A stretch of DNA of 64,000 nucleotides from an uncultured delta proteobacterium (GTDB lineage: Bacteria; Desulfobacterota; Desulfomonilia; Desulfomonilales; Desulfomonilaceae), in assembly GCA_963789265.1 (NCBI GenBank), contig CAWBKB010000001.1, positions 608,001-672,000 of the forward strand. Reading direction: 5' to 3'. Shown here piece by piece: positions 10,516 to 21,528 of the stretch. Position 1 is the stretch's first letter. Each line of letters begins with the position of its first letter. A program made the translations under genes and the position numbers. The notes beneath the pieces were generated by a model. The model made no database searches and had not been told where the DNA came from. It saw only the letters and a list, made by a program, of their open reading frames with translations.

Positions 10516-12660
10516 ATGATTTCTTATCTCAAAATCTGTGCATCCGCGGATTCCACATCATCGGCGGCTGCATCCAGGCGCGTCGCTTCAAGCCTGACAA
10601 TCCTGAGCCTCTCTGTCTTCTTGGCGGCGGCGGTCATGGTGGGCCAGGGTATTTGTCTTACCGTGGCAACAGGGCCCATGCAGGAATACCTCTTCGTTGA
10701 AGGGAAAAAGCTTTATGATGCGGGCAAACTCGGTCGTGCCTCGGACGTGTGGGCCAAAATATTTCCTGACACAGTATACGGCCCGGTAGCATATCTTCTT
10801 TTGGCTCGAGGCAAACAGCGGGCCGGAAATGACAAGGGTGCCGAGGCCCTGCTCGAGGATTGCCTAAAGACTCACCCGGACAGTGTTTATAGCGATATGG
10901 CCCGCCGCGCTCTTGCCGAGGTTCTGTTCCGCCAAGGGAAAAGGGAAGCAAAGCCTTTGCTAATATCACTCCTCGCTACGGCGCAGGACAAAGATAAGCC
11001 GGCGCTTACCTTGAAACTCGCTGAGATGGAGCGACGCTTTGGCGACTATTCTTCGGCCGCTGCTCAGTATCGCATGCTGTTCATCAATTATCCGGCATCG
11101 GTGGAAGGACTCAAAGCGTCTGATGCCCTCACGGCCATGGTTTTCAACGAGAAGATCCCCAGGCTGATTTTTTCCGACTGCGAGCAAATGACCCGCGCGG
11201 ATCGCCTTTTCAACAAAGGGCGCTTCGATCTTGCAGCCGATTCTTATAAGGCTCTGCTTAAAACAAAACCGGCAGACAAGAGCGTAATGCTGAAGCTGGC
11301 TCGCTGTCGTTTCAAGGATCGCCAAAACCAAAAGGCGATAAACATCGTAAAGGACATGCTGAAAGGAGAACTCTCGGAGCATGAACGTATGGAGGCATTT
11401 TACCTCCTGAGCGCAATTTACTGGAGGTTGGGTAGCGAGAAAGATTTCGAATTCTGCTGCAACAGGGTGCTTGAGAAAGGATCTATAAAGCTCAAACGGA
11501 AAATTCTTTATAATATCGCTGCTCACTATATTGAGAAACGGAAATTCGGCACTGCCGAAATTTACTTCAAGAAGCTTCTCAACACACGACCCGATCGGTC
11601 GGTAAAGGCGAATGTAAAGTGGAAGATCGCTTGGATTAAATATTGGAACCATAAATACGGTGAGGCTGCCGAAGACTTTCGTGAAAGCCGGACCGCGGCC
11701 CCCGGGGGGTCAATAGATAACGCTTCAAAATATTGGCAGGCGCGATCTTTGCTTAATGCCAACCGTCGACATGCCGCGGAACCTCTCTTGAAAGTTATCG
11801 TCACAAATTCTCCTCTTGATTACTATGGAACAGAGGCGGCTCGTCTCCTCAAGAAGATGGGGGAACCTAAATACATAAACCCTAGATCCCTGCAACCCCT
11901 TCCCCAGATCGCCCTAACCTCTGAACAGATTTCCAACCCGTTGGTATCAGCCGCCAACAAACTTATGGAGAAAGGTCTCGGAGAATTCGCCCTCGTCAAC
12001 CTGGAAGCCCTTCCCAAGACCATGAAATCTTCCCCTCCCATAGCATTTTTGACGGCAAAGGCGGCTTACGCATCGGGACGTTACCGTGAGGCCCAGGATA
12101 TACTCACCGCGGCGTTCGGTTCGCTCGCGAAGAATCCGCCCCAGGGCGCACCGCCGGCCTTCATTGAAATCGCCTTTCCCCGGATCTATTTTTCTGAAAC
12201 TACACGCACGGCAGAGAAGAACTCCGTTGATCCTCATCTAGTGTGGGCGGTAATCCGTCAGGAGAGCCGGTACGATGCCTCGGCAATATCACCTGCCGGA
12301 GCGCTCGGACTGATGCAGGTCATGCCCGCAACAGCGGGAATTAAGAGAAAGAGAGGCAAATTGCCGGCCAAAGCGGTGGAGGCGGTTCTGGATCCGAAAC
12401 AGAACTTGAGACTGGGTATCAAGATCCTGGCCAAGAATCTGAGCCTCTTCCGGGGAAAACTCGTTCCCGCGATTGCGTCTTACAACGCTGACATCAAGAA
12501 AGTGCGAGAGTGGGTCCATAAGGGAGAAAGGATGAAGCAAGATGAATTCATTGAAAGCATCCCTTATATGGAGACACGTCTTTATGTGAAGAAGGTTTTA
12601 GCCGGATACTGGGCCTATAGTCTTCTGCATGCGAAGAAAGATTTGGCGGGTTATAGATAA
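10516..12660 (+). CDS. TPR-containing soluble lytic transglycosylase (start uncertain)
   Basis: N-terminal hydrophobic segment, TPR repeats, SLT motifs IRQES, GALGLMQVMP, ASYNA, ETRLYVKKV. Confidence 0.9.
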   Translation: MISYLKICASADSTSSAAASRRVASSLTILSLSVFLAAAVMVGQGICLTVATGPMQEYLFVEGKKLYDAGKLGRASDVWAKIFPDTVYGPVAYLLLARGKQRAGNDKGAEALLEDCLKTHPDSVYSDMARRALAEVLFRQGKREAKPLLISLLATAQDKDKPALTLKLAEMERRFGDYSSAAAQYRMLFINYPASVEGLKASDALTAMVFNEKIPRLIFSDCEQMTRADRLFNKGRFDLAADSYKALLKTKPADKSVMLKLARCRFKDRQNQKAINIVKDMLKGELSEHERMEAFYLLSAIYWRLGSEKDFEFCCNRVLEKGSIKLKRKILYNIAAHYIEKRKFGTAEIYFKKLLNTRPDRSVKANVKWKIAWIKYWNHKYGEAAEDFRESRTAAPGGSIDNASKYWQARSLLNANRRHAAEPLLKVIVTNSPLDYYGTEAARLLKKMGEPKYINPRSLQPLPQIALTSEQISNPLVSAANKLMEKGLGEFALVNLEALPKTMKSSPPIAFLTAKAAYASGRYREAQDILTAAFGSLAKNPPQGAPPAFIEIAFPRIYFSETTRTAEKNSVDPHLVWAVIRQESRYDASAISPAGALGLMQVMPATAGIKRKRGKLPAKAVEAVLDPKQNLRLGIKILAKNLSLFRGKLVPAIASYNADIKKVREWVHKGERMKQDEFIESIPYMETRLYVKKVLAGYWAYSLLHAKKDLAGYR

Positions 12661-12722
12661 GATCCGGTGTAACCGTTCACCGGGAAAGTGGTTTACCCGA
12701 CTTTAAGCTTAGCCGACAGGGC

Positions 12723-12877
12723 GAAAATGTCTCAAAACTAAAATGATGTCCCGAATCGTGACACGACTAGGCTTGGTGCGCATTTCGTTGCCCGCACCCT
12801 CACCCTCTCCCAAAGGGAGAGGGTGCGGGGCGTTCGTGTTACGATTTCGTCCGGTTCAAGGGTTTGGAGACACTTTA
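12723..12877. mobile_element. MITE, IS1182-like ends, inverted and internally deleted copy
   Basis: GAAAATGTCTCAAAA/TTTGGAGACACTTT; reverse-complement homology to 37032-37240; a lone IS66-like end GTAACCGTTCAC lies at 12669. Confidence 0.75.
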
Positions 12878-12959
12878 AGCACGCCGGCTCTGTGATCCCG
12901 GTAGGACCGGTCCCGCGAGACGCGGGATGCCGGTTATAAAGTCTTACAAAGGAACTTGT

Positions 12960-13457
12960 ATGGACGGGTGCTCTACTGACGGTAACGGAGAGATCTTCGA
13001 TGTCTCCCCGTATTTGAAGCTCGTGATTGACAAGGATGGCAGATGGTTCCAGAACGGAGCGGAAATTGTTCACCCTGAAATTTACCGATTCTTTTGCCGC
13101 ACGCTTGAGAAGACGGCTGACGGCGTATACATAGTCAGATTCGGTCGCGAAGTATGCCGTGTCGAAGTCGAGGACGCCCCGTTTGTGATTCAAAGTATAG
13201 ATGAAGAGAGCGACGGCCGTATAGTCATCCAATTGAACGATGGAACACGGGAGGCTTTCGACCCGGTATATTTCTGGATCGGTCACAAGAACATTCCATA
13301 TTGCCGCGTTAAAGATGGCGCGTTTCACGCGCGCTTCTCTCGGCCTGCATATTACCAATTGGCGTCTCACATAGTTTCAGACAATGATGAGAAAGACTTC
13401 TTTCTGCTCGTAAACGGCAAGAGGATACCAATTGAGTGCCACGAGCAGCCGGCGTAG
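12960..13457 (+). CDS. DUF1285-family protein
   Basis: IDKDGRWF, VEVEDAPF, ARFSRPAYYQLA. Confidence 0.8.
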   Translation: MDGCSTDGNGEIFDVSPYLKLVIDKDGRWFQNGAEIVHPEIYRFFCRTLEKTADGVYIVRFGREVCRVEVEDAPFVIQSIDEESDGRIVIQLNDGTREAFDPVYFWIGHKNIPYCRVKDGAFHARFSRPAYYQLASHIVSDNDEKDFFLLVNGKRIPIECHEQPA

Positions 13458-13504
13458 GAAATATCTTTTACAACAATTCCTAAAATAGTCACCGATATGG
13501 CCAA

Positions 13505-13835
13505 TGACTTGTGGGGACAGGCATCCCGCCCCCATTACAGTAGGGTGTCCCGCGAAAACGCGAGGGAGCCGCATCATTCGAATCTCGGCAGGCAAGTGGC
13601 TGAACAAGGAATAGTGGGGCAGGCATCTTGCCTGCCTTGGTGACAGGCAAGATGCCTGTCCCACTGGCCTGAGCCATATCCTGCGGGCTGTAGAGGCACG
13701 GCATGCCGTGCGCCTACGGGACGTCGTCATTTCCGCGCACGCGGGAATCGAGTAGGGCGGCCCGTGGCCGCCGTCCCGCGCCTCGCGGGATCGGGCATGG
13801 CCCAACCTACCTCCGGATCGGAGTCCTAGATGACG
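13505..13835. repeat. Cluster of REP-like hairpins
   Basis: GTGGGGCAGGCATCTTGCCTGCC..GACAGGCAAGATGCCTGTCCCAC doublet, GTAGAGGCACGGCATGCCGTG hairpin, and a copy of 944-1020. Confidence 0.8.
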
Positions 13836-13897
13836 AATTTTAGGCAGGATGCGTGCCGACCAGCGGCAGGGCCATGTCTGTTCAATTTGAAGTCCGT

Positions 13898-14338
13898 CTA
13901 CGGTGAATCTACAATCAGCGTCACAGGTCCGTCATTTTCCAGGTGGACCTGCATCATTGCCCCGAACACGCCTTCCTCAACAGGGACTTTCAGTTTCTTC
14001 ACCGCGTCGATAAAGCTTCTGTACACCGCGGCCGCGTCCTCAGGGGGTGCTGAATCGGTGTACGACGGCCGTTTGCCCTTGCGGCAATCGCCGTACAAAG
14101 TGAACTGTGAAACCACGAGCATGGTGCCGCCGACCTGTTCCAGGCTGAGGTTCATCTTCCCCGCATCGTCCGAGAAAATCCTCAGGCCGGTCAGTTTCTC
14201 GGACATCCATCGGACCTCTTCGGGCCCGTCACCTCGAGCAGCCGCGAGGAGCACAAGCATGCCATGACCTATTTCCGCTACAGTTCTATCGTCGATGGAG
14301 ACGCTAGCCCCGGTAACCCTTTGAACCACCGCTCTCAT
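13898..14338 (-). CDS. dtd: D-aminoacyl-tRNA deacylase
   Basis: MRAVVQRV, SQFTL, NDGPVT. Confidence 0.96.
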   Translation of the reverse strand: MRAVVQRVTGASVSIDDRTVAEIGHGMLVLLAAARGDGPEEVRWMSEKLTGLRIFSDDAGKMNLSLEQVGGTMLVVSQFTLYGDCRKGKRPSYTDSAPPEDAAAVYRSFIDAVKKLKVPVEEGVFGAMMQVHLENDGPVTLIVDSP

Positions 14339-14356
14339 TCAGGATTCTCCCCATTT

Positions 14357-14479
14357 GTAACAGTTCACCGGGGACTTTGTGACCGGCGCGGAGGCCGGTC
14401 CTACCAGTATCATAGTAGGGCCGGCGTCCCTGCCGGCTAAGCCTGAAACCGGTAAACCGTCTTCCCAGCGAACGGTTAC
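14357..14479. mobile_element. MITE, IS66-like ends, with GTAG REP doublet
   Basis: GTAACAGTTCAC/GCGAACGGTTAC; no TSD visible. Confidence 0.6.
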
Positions 14480-14988
14480 TATCTGCACTGTAATGGAGCC
14501 TTTCGCCAGAGTAGAATGAATGCCGGAACGACGTCATCGGAGGTGTCCTCAATCAACTCGGTCACTTGGTCACAATTCATGAATGCGCCCCATTGGATTT
14601 CTTCGGGGTCAGGAACCGGCTCCAATTCCGTCACCGCTTTGAACAAAACCACATGCTCATTGTCAGTCTGCTCCGAAGCGGGGACTCTAAGAACTTCTTT
14701 GACTTCGGCTCGAATACCAAGCTCCTCTTGAAGTTCACGAATCGCGGCCTGCTCGTAAGTTTCTCCCGGATCGACATGCCCCGCGGCAGACGAATCGAGC
14801 TTCTCCGCATGCCTGTCCTTTGAAATCGAGCGTCGCTGGATGTAGATTTGGCCTGCCTGATTGAAAACGAAAATATGTACGGCCCTGTGAAGGAGCCCAA
14901 GCTTGTGGATTTCTTTGCGGGTAGCCGTACCGATCACTTTATCTTGAGAATCCACTACTTCGAGAATCTCGTTGTCTGTAGAATACAT
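14479..14988 (-). CDS. NUDIX hydrolase (Idi/YfcD-like)
   Basis: LLHRAVHIF and GHVDPGETYEQAAIRELQEELG Nudix box. Confidence 0.88.
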   Translation of the reverse strand: MYSTDNEILEVVDSQDKVIGTATRKEIHKLGLLHRAVHIFVFNQAGQIYIQRRSISKDRHAEKLDSSAAGHVDPGETYEQAAIRELQEELGIRAEVKEVLRVPASEQTDNEHVVLFKAVTELEPVPDPEEIQWGAFMNCDQVTELIEDTSDDVVPAFILLWRKAPLQCR

Positions 14989-15026
14989 GGTGCACTTATA
15001 CGGCAAGTTATCAAGGAATACCATCC

Positions 15027-15287
15027 ATGAATTCTGATCCACCCAGCCGGCAATTAGATGAACTGAAAACATTGTTGTTCCCTTACATACTGATCGGACC
15101 ATTGTTGTCAGCTCTATTCGCACAGGAAATCAACGACATATTCGTAGCATGTTTATTGTTTGTCGGCATGGTGGGATCTGCTTTTTACTGGTTTTACAAG
15201 CGCTTCGAGATGATCGAAAGATCTGTCCGAGAACAAGAGGAAAAGCTCGTTGAACTGGGGGGCGGGCCGAACGAGGACATGAATTGA
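15027..15287 (+). CDS. Small two-TM hypothetical protein
   Basis: RBS AAGGA, two hydrophobic helices, charged tail. Confidence 0.55.
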   Translation: MNSDPPSRQLDELKTLLFPYILIGPLLSALFAQEINDIFVACLLFVGMVGSAFYWFYKRFEMIERSVREQEEKLVELGGGPNEDMN

Positions 15288-15389
15288 CGCACGCGATCGT
15301 TCGTTTGTAACCATCAGGAAAGAAGGATTCACCGCGGAGTGCGCCGAGATCGCATGCTTGTACGGAATTGGTGGGACAGGCATCTTGCC

Positions 15390-15710
15390 CATAGGCGTTA
15401 TAGCCGTTGCGAAAAGTAATGACTTGTTCACCACACGTCACCCCGGCGAAGGCCGGGGTCCAGAACATATTGAAAAGACTGGATTCCGGCCTCCGCCGGA
15501 ATGACGGTGTCAGGCTACCTCTAATCGGACAAAACTTTTGGCAATGGGTATAAAATAAGGGCGGAGGATTTGCTCAAAATTCCCCCTCACCCTGCCCTCT
15601 CCCGCCAGGGGCGAGGGTTTTCTTGATCCCCTGCCTCGATGGGAGGGGGAAGGGGGAGGGTGACAAGCGGCTGAAATTGCAGACGACGCTCTTTTATTTT
15701 AACGCCTATA
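15390..15710. mobile_element. MITE, CAT-terminus family, interrupted by a second element
   Basis: CATAGGCGTTA..AAATAAG/TTATTTTAACGCCTATA; exact 11-bp TSD GGCATCTTGCC inside a GTGGGACAGGC REP. Confidence 0.88.
15401..15550. mobile_element. 150-bp TA-targeting MITE (IS630-like) with dRS3-like hairpin cargo
   Basis: TAGCCGTTGCGAAAAGT/ACTTTTGGCAATGGGTA; TA duplication; 146/150 identical to 40239-40388. Confidence 0.9.
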
Positions 15711-15905
15711 GGCATCTTGCCTGTCTCTTTGGCAGGCAGGATCCCTGCCCCACTATTCCTAACGCGACAGATGTGGTTCACCCCCTGCTGGGGGTTCACC
15801 ACATCCTATGCTCCTGAATAAGTTATCTCTTTCACTGCGATCTCCGCGCACTCTGCGGTCAATTATCGCTTGTTATTTCCGATTTCGAAATGTTCGTGCG
15901 CTGTC

Positions 15906-15934
15906 TTGACCTTCTCCGCTCTTACCGTTAACCT
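15906..15934 (+). promoter_or_regulatory. Sigma70-like promoter of the glgE operon
   Basis: TTGACC-17 bp-TAACCT. Confidence 0.55.
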
Positions 15935-16069
15935 TAGATCCTATATGGAATTTTCCGCGGCGAAAACGCCGCGTGCCAACTTGCGCCGCTCGATGAGGCC
16001 GCGTCCGGGCAATTGCTTGCGTAAGTATACTGATAATTGCGGCTCGGTGGTCGCTCCGAAGGAGCTCTA

Positions 16070-18064
16070 ATGATCAGAATTCCTGAGGGAAAGGCACGAA
16101 TTGTTATTGAACGTGTCAGCCCCGTAGTCGATTCCGGCAGATTCCCCGTCAAGAAAGCAGTTGGTGAAAACGTGGTGGTGGAAGCAGATATTCTGGTGGA
16201 CGGCCACGACGTTATCTCTGCTGAAGTCCTCTACCGGCACGAATCCGAATCGGATTGGAACACAAACGAAATGGTTTTGGTGCTAAACGATCGGTGGCGT
16301 GCCGACTTCCGCGTCCAAGAGGTGGGAACAGCTTATTATTCCGTGCAGGCCTGGATCGATCATTTTCAGTCGTGGCGGCGCGATCTCATCAAGAAAGCTG
16401 ATGCAGGACAGGATGTGGGCGTCGATCTCCTTGTGGGCGAAGAGCTCCTCGAAGCCGCGATCCCGCGTGCCAAAGAGTCAGACTCAGATCTGCTTCGCGA
16501 ACGACTCAAACTATTAAGATCATCTGTGCCATCGACGAAGAAGATGGATATTGCATCGGACAGAGACCTTATCGCGGTGATGAAAAGATGCGCGGACCGC
16601 CGTTCGGTAGTCCGATTCTCACTGGAAGTGCCTATAGTCGTCGATAGAGAGAAGGCCCGATTCAGCGCATGGTACGAAATATTTCCTCGCTCTTGTGCAC
16701 GGGAGCCTGGAAAGCACGGCACATTCAAGGATTGCGAGGAACGCTTGTCTTATGTCTCGTCCATGGGATTTGACGTCCTCTATTTTCCGCCTATTCATCC
16801 TATCGGACGCGCGAATCGGAAGGGGAAGAATAACTCTGCCGTCTCAGGCCCGGAGGATCCTGGCAGTCCTTGGGCTATCGGGTCTGAGGAAGGCGGGCAC
16901 ACGGCAATCCATCCGAAGTTAGGAACGCTGGATGACTTCAAGCGGCTGATGAGGAAGGCAGAGCAGCTTCACATCGAAATTGCGCTGGATTTGGCGTTTC
17001 AGTGCGCCGCGGACCATCCGTGGGTTCGGGAACACCCAAGTTGGTTCCGGTGGCGACCGGACCGCAGCATTCAGTACGCGGAGAATCCGCCCAAGAAATA
17101 TGAAGATATTTATCCGTTAAATTTCGAGACCGACGATTGGTGGGAATTATGGCAAGCGTTGAGAGATGTGGTCTTATTCTGGCTGGATCAAGGGGTCCGC
17201 ATCTTTCGAGTCGATAATCCTCACACCAAGCCGTTCCGATTTTGGGAATGGCTGATCAATGAAATTAGGAACAGGCAACCAGACGTCATATTTTTGTCAG
17301 AAGCCTTCACACGTCCCAAGGTGATGCAAAATCTCGCAAAGCTTGGATTTACTCAGTCCTATACATATTTTCCCTGGCGAAACACGAAGTGGGAGTTGAC
17401 TCAGTACTTCACGGAATTGTGCCAGACGGAACTCAAAGACTATTTCAGGCCGAGCTTATGGCCCAACACTCCTGATATCCTGACGGAGTATCTCCAGCTT
17501 GGGGGTCGTCCGGCATTCATCACCAGGTTGGTTCTCGCGGCGACGCTGGGGGCAAACTACGGGATTTACGGCCCAGCTTTTGAATTATGCGAGAACGAGC
17601 CGCGAGAATTCGTGAGCGAGGAATACAACAACTCGGAGAAGTATGAAATCAGGCACTGGGATTTGGAAAGCCCTTACACTCTCAGGGACTTCATTGGTAG
17701 AGTCAATCGAATCCGGAAGGATAATCCTGCGCTCCAGAGCGATCGGAACCTACGCTTTCATCCCACCGACAACGAACAGATAATTTTCTACAGCAAGCAC
17801 ACCGACGATCTTGCAAATGTCATCCTGTGCGCAGTGAATCTCGATCCTCATCATACTCAGACCGGATGGGTGGAACTTCCGCTTCAGGAACTGGGGATCG
17901 ATTATCGCCGAGCTTTTCAAGTTCACGATTTACTAAGCGGGGCAAGGTACCTATGGGAAGGGCCGCGGAATTACATAGAATTGAACCCGCGTGTCGTAAG
18001 TGCTCAGATTTTTCGCGTTCGGTTTAAACTGCGCACTGAACGCGACTTTGACTATTTTATGTAG
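16070..18064 (+). CDS. glgE: Alpha-1,4-glucan:maltose-1-phosphate maltosyltransferase
   Basis: WYEIFPRS, PPIHPIG, YAENPPKKYEDIYP, FRVDNPHTKP, SEAFTRP, NTPDIL. Confidence 0.96.
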   Translation: MIRIPEGKARIVIERVSPVVDSGRFPVKKAVGENVVVEADILVDGHDVISAEVLYRHESESDWNTNEMVLVLNDRWRADFRVQEVGTAYYSVQAWIDHFQSWRRDLIKKADAGQDVGVDLLVGEELLEAAIPRAKESDSDLLRERLKLLRSSVPSTKKMDIASDRDLIAVMKRCADRRSVVRFSLEVPIVVDREKARFSAWYEIFPRSCAREPGKHGTFKDCEERLSYVSSMGFDVLYFPPIHPIGRANRKGKNNSAVSGPEDPGSPWAIGSEEGGHTAIHPKLGTLDDFKRLMRKAEQLHIEIALDLAFQCAADHPWVREHPSWFRWRPDRSIQYAENPPKKYEDIYPLNFETDDWWELWQALRDVVLFWLDQGVRIFRVDNPHTKPFRFWEWLINEIRNRQPDVIFLSEAFTRPKVMQNLAKLGFTQSYTYFPWRNTKWELTQYFTELCQTELKDYFRPSLWPNTPDILTEYLQLGGRPAFITRLVLAATLGANYGIYGPAFELCENEPREFVSEEYNNSEKYEIRHWDLESPYTLRDFIGRVNRIRKDNPALQSDRNLRFHPTDNEQIIFYSKHTDDLANVILCAVNLDPHHTQTGWVELPLQELGIDYRRAFQVHDLLSGARYLWEGPRNYIELNPRVVSAQIFRVRFKLRTERDFDYFM

Positions 18065-18086
18065 GTCCGCCGAGGAGATCTATTGT

Positions 18087-21000
18087 ATGCGAGCCAGGAG
18101 AGCGACGAGCGTGGGCCTTGTCGATGAACCGTACTGGTACAAGGACGCGATCATTTACGAGCTACACGTTAGGTCTTTCTATGACAGCGACGGAGACGGT
18201 GTCGGAGATTTTCGAGGTTTAACCGAGAAGCTTGATTACCTCCAGGACCTCGGGATCACCACTATATGGCTCCTGCCTTTCTTTCCTTCTCCTTTACGGG
18301 ACGACGGATACGACATCGCGGACTACCGGAATGTTCATTCGCAATACGGAACGCTCAGAGATTTCAAGCTCTTCATGAGAGAAGCCCACCGCAGGGGGCT
18401 CCACGTAATCACGGAACTTGTAATTAATCATACTTCCGATCAGCATCCCTGGTTTCAGCGGGCCAGACATTCCCCGAGTGGGAGCAAATGGCGTGATTTT
18501 TATGTGTGGAGCGACAGCCCCGAGCGGTACCCTGAGGCTCGTATCATTTTTCAGGAATTCGAGTCGGCTAACTGGTCCTGGGATCCTGCTGCGAGACAAT
18601 ATTTCTGGCACCGATTCTATTCTCATCAGCCCGACCTGAATTATGAAAATCCGCTGGTCCGTCGAGAAGTTCTGCGCCTTCTGGATTTCTGGCTCGAAAT
18701 GGGGGTCGATGGGCTTCGGCTTGATGCAGTCCCCTACCTGTTTGAGCGAGATGGAACAAACTGTGAGAACCTCCCGGAGACGCACGCTTTTTTGAAAGAG
18801 CTCAGGCGGCATGTAGACAAGAATTTCAAGAACCGGATGCTCCTCGGAGAGGCCAATCAGTGGCCCGAGGATGCAGCAGCCTATTTCGGGGATGGGGACG
18901 AGTGTCACATGGCGTTTCATTTTCCCATTATGCCCCGACTATTCATTGCATTGCGCATGGAGGACAGCTTTCCCATTATCGAATCTCTGGAACAGACCCC
19001 TGAGATTCCGGACAACTGCCAGTGGGCTATTTTTCTTAGAAATCACGATGAATTGACCCTGGAGATGGTCACGGACGAAGAGCGGGACTACATGTACCGT
19101 GTGTACGCCCAGGACCGGCAGGCCAGGATCAACCTGGGAATACGCCGGCGTCTTGCACCGCTTATGGATAATGACCGACGCAAGATAGAACTCATGAACA
19201 GTCTGCTCTTTTCACTTCCGGGAACTCCGGTGATTTACTATGGCGATGAAATCGGCATGGGCGACAATGTGTACCTTGGAGACCGAAATGGAGTGCGCAC
19301 CCCCATGCAATGGAGTCCGGACCGAAATGCCGGTTTTTCACCGGCCAATCCGCAAAGTTTGTATCTTCCGCCAATCATCGACCAGGAGTATCACTACGAA
19401 ACCGTAAACGTTGAAATTCAACAAAATAACCCAAGCTCACTGCTCTGGTGGACCAAGCGCGGCATTGCATTGAGGCGGAACTTCAAGGCCTTCAGCAGGG
19501 GTACAATGGAGTTGCTTTACCCGGAAAACCGCAAGATCGTGGCATTCATTCGTCGCCACAAGAACGAGTGCATCCTTGTTGTAGCGAATTTTTCGCGCCT
19601 GTTCCAGTTTGTGGAACTTGATCTGTCTGAATTTCAAGGCATGGTTCCGGCCACTCTTTACGGCCGCATGGAGCTGCCCGTAATAGAGGATTCGCCATAC
19701 TCCTTGACTCTGGGTTCTTACGGATTCGTTTGGTTGTCGCTCGAAAGCCGGACGGGAGGACAGATGCCTGCGCAAGTGACGAAAAAAGACGAATTGCCTG
19801 CTCTCGAGGTTCCCGGGAAGTGGAGCGCGCTATTCGATAAAGAAGCCCGGCCGCAGTTGGAGAAGGCCCTCGGGCGCTTTCTTGCCGGACAGCGCTGGTT
19901 CCGTGCAAAAGCGAGGCGAATACGAACGGCGAAGATCGGCGAAACGATCTGGATGAATAGGCCCCAATTGGGCGCCTGTTTGGCCATCGTTCACGTAGAC
20001 TACATGGAGGGCGAGCCGGAGACCTATCTGGTACCGATGTCCTTTGCCGCAGGAGAACGAGCCGGGAGCCTTCTTGAAAACACCGCCCACGCAGCAATTT
20101 GCCGCGTGGTCATTAAGAATCCGGACCGGAACGGCATTCTTTATGACGCTACCTTTGACCCGGATTTCGCATCGCGGCTATTGCGCTTGATCGCTAATCA
20201 GCGACTCCTGAAGGGCACATCCGGCGAACTGGCCGCTAAGCGGACCAAGGCATTCAAGACTTTGTCCGACATGCCCGTGAAAACTTTGGAAGCGTCCGTC
20301 ATGGGAGCGGAACAAACAAACACATCCATCCGATTCGAGGATCGGCTTATTCTGAAGCTATACCGAAGGCTTGACGAAGGGATCAATTCTGAAGTGGAAA
20401 TTGGCCGATTCTTGACCGACCGGGGATTTCCTTTCGTCGCCCAACTTGCCGGGGAAGTCGAATACCGCCCTTCGCGCGGCAGACAGCGAGACCCCACGAC
20501 GATCGCCATTCTGCATGGGTGGGTCCCCAACCAGGGGGACGCGTGGAAGTACACTCTGGATGTGTTATCTCAGTATATAGAGGAGAGGCTCGCCCGCCAT
20601 CCAAATCTCGGCGATCTGTCTCTACCCGAAACGAACTTGCTCGATCTCGCGGCAGAGGAGCCTCCGCCTATATGCTACGATCTTGTAGGCTCGTATCTTG
20701 AGTCCGCACGACTGCTGGGAGAACGGACCGCTCAATTGCATTCCGCTCTCGCTTCCGAGCAAGATGCCCCCAATTTTTCGCCGGAGAAGTTCACCTCTCT
20801 GTATCAGCGCTCCTTATATCAGTCAATGTTGAACCTGAGCGAACAAGTGCTGGAGCTACTCAAACAAAGGCTCAGAAACTCTACCGGAAGCAATGAAGGA
20901 AGAAGCCAAAGCCCTTATTGCACGAAAGGACGAGGTACGCACCCGTTTCAAATCTATGCTGGACAAGAAGATTAATGCGGCTCGTATCCGGTGCCACGGA

Positions 21001-21441
21001 GACTACCATCTCGGGCAGGTCTTGTTCACAGGAAATGATTTTGTAATCATGGATTTCGAAGGAGAACCCGCCCGGTCCCTAAGTGAGCGCCGCATAAAAC
21101 GCTCTCCTTTGCTGGATGTCGCGGGCATGCTAAGGTCTTTCCATTACGCGGCGTATTCGGCCCTATTTGCTTTGCAGGATTCAGGCCTTGTCAGGACTGA
21201 TGACGCCGAGTATGCAGAGTCCCTGGCGCTATTCTGGGACAAATGGGTGCGCGTGAAATTTCTCAGAGCCTATCTGGGGTCAGCGGCCCCGGACTTGTTG
21301 CCTAAAAACCGAGATGAACTTCGAAGGCTATTGGATGCATACTTGCTGGATAAGGCCATTTACGAATTAGGCTACGAACTCAACAATCGTCCAAACTGGG
21401 TGAAAATACCGCTTCAGGGCATCCGGAGGATTCTGGAATGA
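18087..21441 (+). CDS. treS: Trehalose synthase-maltokinase (Pep2) fusion (frameshift ~20880)
   Basis: WYKDAIIYE, GLRLDA, FLRNHDELTLEMVT; kinase half AEQTNTS and HGDYHLGQ, DFEGEP continues in ORF 20893-21441. Confidence 0.93.
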
Positions 21442-21528
21442 CATGGGCGCCAGCGTAGTCCCACGTCTTCGGATGATTCGAGAACGAAGAGGCAAATCAC
21501 TGGCCTATGTACACAGGAAGGCCGCACA

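Noticed and set aside
20870..20895. Programmed frameshifting in treS or other split genes
   Set aside because: No slippery heptamers; the indel pattern is window-wide.
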